Below, piece after piece: positions 14,739 through 18,407 of a stretch of DNA of 18,407 nt (its first letter is position 1; the number at the start of each line of letters is the position of its first letter). A model generated the notes under the pieces. That model had not been told where the DNA came from. It did no database searches and saw nothing but the letters and a program-made list of their open reading frames with translations. The position numbers and the translations under genes were made by a program. The DNA is from a virus: UHGV virus genome UHGV-0077132; one strand, written 5' to 3'.

Positions 14739-15261
14739 CTATCAGGCACTGCGCGAGGCGGCGGAACGTGCAATTCCAGCAATGGAACGCCTGTTAATGT
14801 TGCCAGCTGATGATGATTTGTTAAGTGAACAGGAACTTAAAGATTACGATGTGGATATTGATGCGCTCAATGCCTTCAAATTTCTGACCGGACCAGAAAC
14901 CGTGCTGGCACTACTGGATGAACGGGAAAGAAACCAGCAATACATCAAACGCCGCGACCAGGAGAACGAGGATATTGCGCTTACGGTTGGGAAGCTGCGC
15001 GTTGAGCTTGAAGCAGCAAAATCAAAACTCAACGAGCAGCGCGAGTATTACGAGGGAGTTATCTCTGATGGGTGCAAGCGTATTGCTGAACTGGAAGCGC
15101 GGGAAGTTCAATTACCGACTCGCTACGACCTTCGATATGGACACCCGATAAATGCAGATGAGCGACAAGTCATGATACCTAAAGAAAATGGCAGTTGGCT
15201 TTACCTGATTGACCTAGAACACGCATTACGCGTCGCTGACATTCGCATCAAAGGAGAGTGA
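14725..15261 (+). CDS. Coiled-coil early protein, Ead/Ea22-like, 178 aa
   Basis: GTG start with strong SD AAGGAGG; central heptad-rich region (KLRVELEAAKSKLNEQREYYE); position and composition typical of lambdoid ea-region proteins. Confidence 0.5.
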   Translation: MSKIDYQALREAAERAIPAMERLLMLPADDDLLSEQELKDYDVDIDALNAFKFLTGPETVLALLDERERNQQYIKRRDQENEDIALTVGKLRVELEAAKSKLNEQREYYEGVISDGCKRIAELEAREVQLPTRYDLRYGHPINADERQVMIPKENGSWLYLIDLEHALRVADIRIKGE

Positions 15262-15262
15262 T

Positions 15263-15526
15263 ATGGCAACTTTGACAAAAAAAGAACAAGCATGGTTGAG
15301 CGAATTACAGGACGTTCTTGATCGCTGCCCATCACCGAAAAAAATTGGTTTTTACACCATTGGCGATAAAAGCATTTACCTGTATGACCTGCGCCGCATG
15401 GATGAAATCATGGAGGCTCTTGATAATCGTTCGTCAATGGATTGGTGTGTTGCTGTTCATGATATGAATGCCGGATTTGATGAAAAGATTTTATTCCCCT
15501 CATCAGTTGAAAGTACAGCAGGATAA
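15263..15526 (+). CDS. Hypothetical early-left protein, 87 aa
   Basis: ATG 2 nt after the upstream stop with SD AAGGAG. Confidence 0.5.
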   Translation: MATLTKKEQAWLSELQDVLDRCPSPKKIGFYTIGDKSIYLYDLRRMDEIMEALDNRSSMDWCVAVHDMNAGFDEKILFPSSVESTAG

Positions 15527-15536
15527 GGACTAACAC

Positions 15537-16295
15537 ATGACCACTATTACCAAAGAGCGACTGCTGACAATCAGGCAGTGGCGCGAAACATACGGACCTG
15601 GTAGCAACGTTGTACTGCCAGCAGAAGAAGCGGAAGAACTGGCACGAATTGCACTGGTATCGCTGGAAGCAGAGCCGGTGGCAAAGATTATAGCTCATTA
15701 CCCATTAGGAGTTGACGTAGGCAAACAAAAGTTCGTACAGGCCATTGGAGAGCTTCCTGACTTTGGCGGATATCTATTTGCCGCCCCGCCAGCGCCGGTA
15801 GTGCCGGAAGAAGCAACTCCGGAAAACGTAGAAATGCTCTCTGGCTATGTTTCCACGTACAAATTAACCGATAGCGAGCGCGATATTGCTGCCGAAATAT
15901 GGAACGCCTGCCGCACCGCCATGCTTCAGTCCGGAAACTTTCGGGAAAGCAAGAATTCGTCAACCAATAATTTTCGGGAAATCCCGGAAGCGTCAACCAG
16001 CTCTCCGGTAACTCCGGCTCTTCTGCCTGGTGGTTTCACCATTGAGGAGGCGAAGGAATTACATGAAGACCTGGTACGCAGCCACATAAGCAAGGCCTTA
16101 AGTGGCGAAAAGATGAAAAAGAAAGATCGCGATGCTGATTTGCGCTGGATTCATGGCGTTATAGTTCAGGCAGCGTGGTTTGTAAAAGCATCACTGGAGC
16201 AGAATGCACTATCGGGCAACTCTCCGGTAACTCCGGATGGTTGGATAAGCTGTAGTGAGCGAATGCCGGACGACAGGCAGGAGGTGAATCAATGA
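15537..16295 (+). CDS. Early-left protein with a DUF551-like C-terminus, 252 aa
   Basis: SD AAGGA; internal near-repeat (NSPVTP/SSPVTP); C-terminal WISCSERMPDD resembles the DUF551 signature of lambdoid early proteins. Confidence 0.55.
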   Translation: MTTITKERLLTIRQWRETYGPGSNVVLPAEEAEELARIALVSLEAEPVAKIIAHYPLGVDVGKQKFVQAIGELPDFGGYLFAAPPAPVVPEEATPENVEMLSGYVSTYKLTDSERDIAAEIWNACRTAMLQSGNFRESKNSSTNNFREIPEASTSSPVTPALLPGGFTIEEAKELHEDLVRSHISKALSGEKMKKKDRDADLRWIHGVIVQAAWFVKASLEQNALSGNSPVTPDGWISCSERMPDDRQEVNQ

Positions 16296-16375
16296 GCTGG
16301 CCTGATGCAATCGTAACTCTGGGGGTGGTATTCGCAGCAGCGTTTGTTGTGTTCTCGATTTGTCGATGGGGATAA
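16292..16375 (+). CDS. Small hydrophobic single-TM peptide, 27 aa (MSWPDAIVTLGVVFAAAFVVFSICRWG)
   Basis: ATGA stop/start overlap with the upstream gene and a near-consensus SD AGGAGGTG 5 nt upstream; below the ORF-track cutoff. Confidence 0.4.
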   Translation: MSWPDAIVTLGVVFAAAFVVFSICRWG

Positions 16376-16379
16376 CCAC

Positions 16380-16622
16380 ATGTTCGCTTTGATTCAACGC
16401 GGTCAGATATACACGGACAGAGCTGGATACCCCGTGGTGATTACTCGCATCACTGAGCACTCAGTGTTCTTTCGACGGATGGACGGACGATCCGGGCGGG
16501 TACGCATTGGTGAGTTAAACTGCCTGTTCGAACATATTGACCACCAGGAGTACCGCAAAATTCTCGCGGACACTGAGCAGGAAAAGCACCTGAAAAAATT
16601 ACGAGCCATAAAAAGGAAGTAA
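16380..16622 (+). CDS. Hypothetical small phage protein, 80 aa (MFALIQRGQIY...)
   Basis: First ATG at 16380, 4 nt after the upstream stop. Confidence 0.5.
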   Translation: MFALIQRGQIYTDRAGYPVVITRITEHSVFFRRMDGRSGRVRIGELNCLFEHIDHQEYRKILADTEQEKHLKKLRAIKRK

Positions 16623-16625
16623 AGA

Positions 16626-16760
16626 ATGAATAAAGCATTTGAACGATGGGTCCACCAGCGTTACGGCAATCGCTATGACCTGACGCGAGATGTTGACGGC
16701 TTCTACTGTCGTGAAGTTGTGAAGCGAATGGTTGAAGTGTGGTGCCACTGCCGTGGATGA
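16626..16760 (+). CDS. Possible small Cys-containing protein, 44 aa (MNKAFERWVHQRYGNRYDL...)
   Basis: SD AAGGAAG 7 nt upstream; below the ORF-track cutoff. Confidence 0.35.
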   Translation: MNKAFERWVHQRYGNRYDLTRDVDGFYCREVVKRMVEVWCHCRG

Positions 16761-16778
16761 AAATTTTATGAGGTTGGC

Positions 16779-17033
16779 ATGCAGACAATCATCTATCAGA
16801 TAACCCCCAGCAAATGGTGTACGGAGAGAGTCCTCATTGCATCAACAGGGCTAAAGCCTGGCACCATTGAGCGGGCAAGAAGAAAGTCATGGATGCAGGG
16901 AAAAGAATACCGCCATTACGCTGTAGAAGGTGATCCGGGGCACTACAGTGAATGCCTGTACAACATCGAAGAAATTATGCGATGGATCGAAAACCAGAAA
17001 CAACCAGGTGCCAAAAATGCAAGTTCCGGTTAA
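16779..17033 (+). CDS. xis: Excisionase-like protein, 84 aa
   Basis: Small basic protein immediately upstream of the integrase on the same strand; SD GAGGT. Confidence 0.5.
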   Translation: MQTIIYQITPSKWCTERVLIASTGLKPGTIERARRKSWMQGKEYRHYAVEGDPGHYSECLYNIEEIMRWIENQKQPGAKNASSG

Positions 17034-17066
17034 CCTGTTAATGCTCCTGGACGTCTGGGAGGTTTA

Positions 17067-18353
17067 ATGAGTAACGCATCATACCCGACAGGCGTTGAAA
17101 ACCATGGAGGATCACTCCGTATATGGTTTCACTATAATGGCAAACGTGTCAGAGAAAACCTCGGTGTTCCTGACACAGCCAAAAACCGGAAGATCGCTGG
17201 TGAACTTCGCACTTCCGTTTGTTTTGCAATCAGAATGGGGAGTTTCGACTATGCCGCGCAGTTCCCTAATTCCCCTAACCTGAAACACTTTGGTCTGGGA
17301 AAAAGAGAGATAACCGTTAAGGCACTTTCGGAAAAATGGTTGGACCTTAAGAAAATTGAGATTTGTGCGAATGCACTTAACCGTTACCAGTCAGTAATTA
17401 AAAACATGTTACCAATGTTAGGTGAAAAAAAACTGGTTTCATCCATAACAAAAGAGGATTTACTTTTCGTAAGGAGAGATTTGTTGACCGGTTACCAAAA
17501 GCTTTCTAATGGAAAGACTTCTTCCATAAAAGGGCGCTCAGTGGTCACGGTAAACTACTATATGACAACCATAGCTGGAATGTTTCAATTTGCAACAGAT
17601 AATGGTTATACCTCAGGAAACCCATTTAACGGTCTGGCTCCCTTAAAAAAGTCCAAGGTAAAACCAGATCCTCTCACCCGTGACGAATTTATTCGTTTTA
17701 TTGAGGCTTGCCGTCATCAACAAACAAAAAACCTGTGGATTCTCGCTGTATACACGGGTATTCGTCACGGGGAGTTGGTATCGCTGGCATGGGAAGATAT
17801 AGACCTTAAAGCAAGGACTATAACCATCCGTAGAAATTATACAAAACTTGGCGAATTCACTCCACCAAAAACCGATGCAGGCACCGGAAGGACAATTCAT
17901 CTGGTTCAACCAGCTATTGATGCTCTTAAAAGCCAGGCGGAAATGACCATGCTTGGAAAGCAACATTCTGTAGAGGTGAAGCAGAGGGAATATGGGAGAA
18001 CTGCTGTGCATAAATGCACTTTTGTTTTTAGTCCTCAGGTAACAAAACAGCAGCAGTTGTCCGGACCTCACTACAAGGTTGACTCCATCAGGGAGTCATG
18101 GACAAGTATCTTAAAACGCGCAGGTCTGAGACACAGAAAATCGTACCAATCCAGGCATACTTATGCATGCTGGTCACTTGCCGCAGGAGCTAATCCTAGT
18201 TTTATCGCAAGCCAGATGGGCCACACAAACGCACAAATGGTATTCAATGTTTACGGAGCATGGATGAAAGACAACAATCACGAACAGATAGAACTCCTTA
18301 ACAAAAGACTATCTGAAAGTGTCCCATGTATGCCCCATAAGAAAGTTGGGTAA
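17067..18353 (+). CDS. int: Tyrosine site-specific integrase with an N-terminal Arm-type DNA-binding domain, 428 aa
   Basis: SD GGAGG; N-terminal GSLRIWFHYNGKRVRENLG arm motif; C-terminal catalytic region with R..HxxR and ...RHTYACWSLAAGANPSFIASQMGHTNAQMVFNVYGAW (Tyr nucleophile). Confidence 0.9.
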   Translation: MSNASYPTGVENHGGSLRIWFHYNGKRVRENLGVPDTAKNRKIAGELRTSVCFAIRMGSFDYAAQFPNSPNLKHFGLGKREITVKALSEKWLDLKKIEICANALNRYQSVIKNMLPMLGEKKLVSSITKEDLLFVRRDLLTGYQKLSNGKTSSIKGRSVVTVNYYMTTIAGMFQFATDNGYTSGNPFNGLAPLKKSKVKPDPLTRDEFIRFIEACRHQQTKNLWILAVYTGIRHGELVSLAWEDIDLKARTITIRRNYTKLGEFTPPKTDAGTGRTIHLVQPAIDALKSQAEMTMLGKQHSVEVKQREYGRTAVHKCTFVFSPQVTKQQQLSGPHYKVDSIRESWTSILKRAGLRHRKSYQSRHTYACWSLAAGANPSFIASQMGHTNAQMVFNVYGAWMKDNNHEQIELLNKRLSESVPCMPHKKVG

Positions 18354-18407
18354 AATAAAAACTTGCAAAATCAGTTAGTTTACCCTTAATCCCTGTCACG
18401 TTACGCG

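Larger units (their letters stand above)
1..18407. mobile_element. Lambdoid (Stx-phage-like) prophage segment: lysis start, late cargo, Q, replication, immunity, early-left, xis, int. Continues past the left edge; right boundary probably just beyond int
   Basis: Gene content and order; strand switch at the cI/cro junction; integrase at the right end transcribed outward. Confidence 0.85.

Noticed and set aside
14171-15032. Minus-strand ORFs 14171-14494 and 14844-15032, and plus-strand 14918-15151
   Set aside because: Shadow or out-of-frame ORFs within early-left genes.
15408-16788. Minus-strand ORFs 15408-15698, 15688-15996, 16209-16460, 16403-16609, 16450-16788
   Set aside because: Antisense to coupled plus-strand genes; no start signals.
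17095-18071. ORFs 17095-17283 (+) and 17643-18071 (-) inside the integrase gene
   Set aside because: Nested within a high-confidence integrase CDS.
1-18407. CRISPR arrays, insertion sequences, rRNA genes
   Set aside because: No regularly spaced direct repeats, no transposase-like ORFs or terminal inverted repeats, and no rRNA-like sequence were seen.

Overview
This window is a contiguous piece of a lambdoid, Stx-phage-like prophage from an enterobacterial (E. coli-like) host. All calls are from reading the sequence and recalled family knowledge; no searches were run. Late genes run right-to-left on the minus strand and the immunity-left, early-left and integration genes run left-to-right on the plus strand. 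By coordinate: the first 7 codons of a holin S gene (1-21, -), two small ORFs, a NanS-p-type sialate O-acetylesterase (723-2684, -), a structured non-coding stretch, a lipoprotein whose C-terminal domain looks like TolA domain III (3283-3711, -) in the slot where Stx phages carry stxAB, two tRNA genes (Arg-UCG, Ile2-CAU), a 5'-truncated DNA methyltransferase remnant, a convergent OmpC/NmpC/Lc-family porin moron (4981-6063, +), antiterminator Q (6252-6635, -), a nin-region protein, a toprim primase and SF2 helicase, cro-like and cI-like genes with TTAGCA-type operators, about 5 kb of small uncharacterised early-left genes (11880-16760, +), an excisionase-like gene and a tyrosine integrase (17067-18353, +). 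No stx genes, CRISPR array, IS element or rRNA were seen. The most interesting candidates are the TolA-III-like lipoprotein in the toxin cargo slot, a small protein with a (DE)8 acidic tail encoded by a GATGAA microsatellite, and the early-left block that lacks recognisable recombination genes. ORF-track coordinates include the stop codon; several starts were re-set to the first ATG with a Shine-Dalgarno (SD) sequence.
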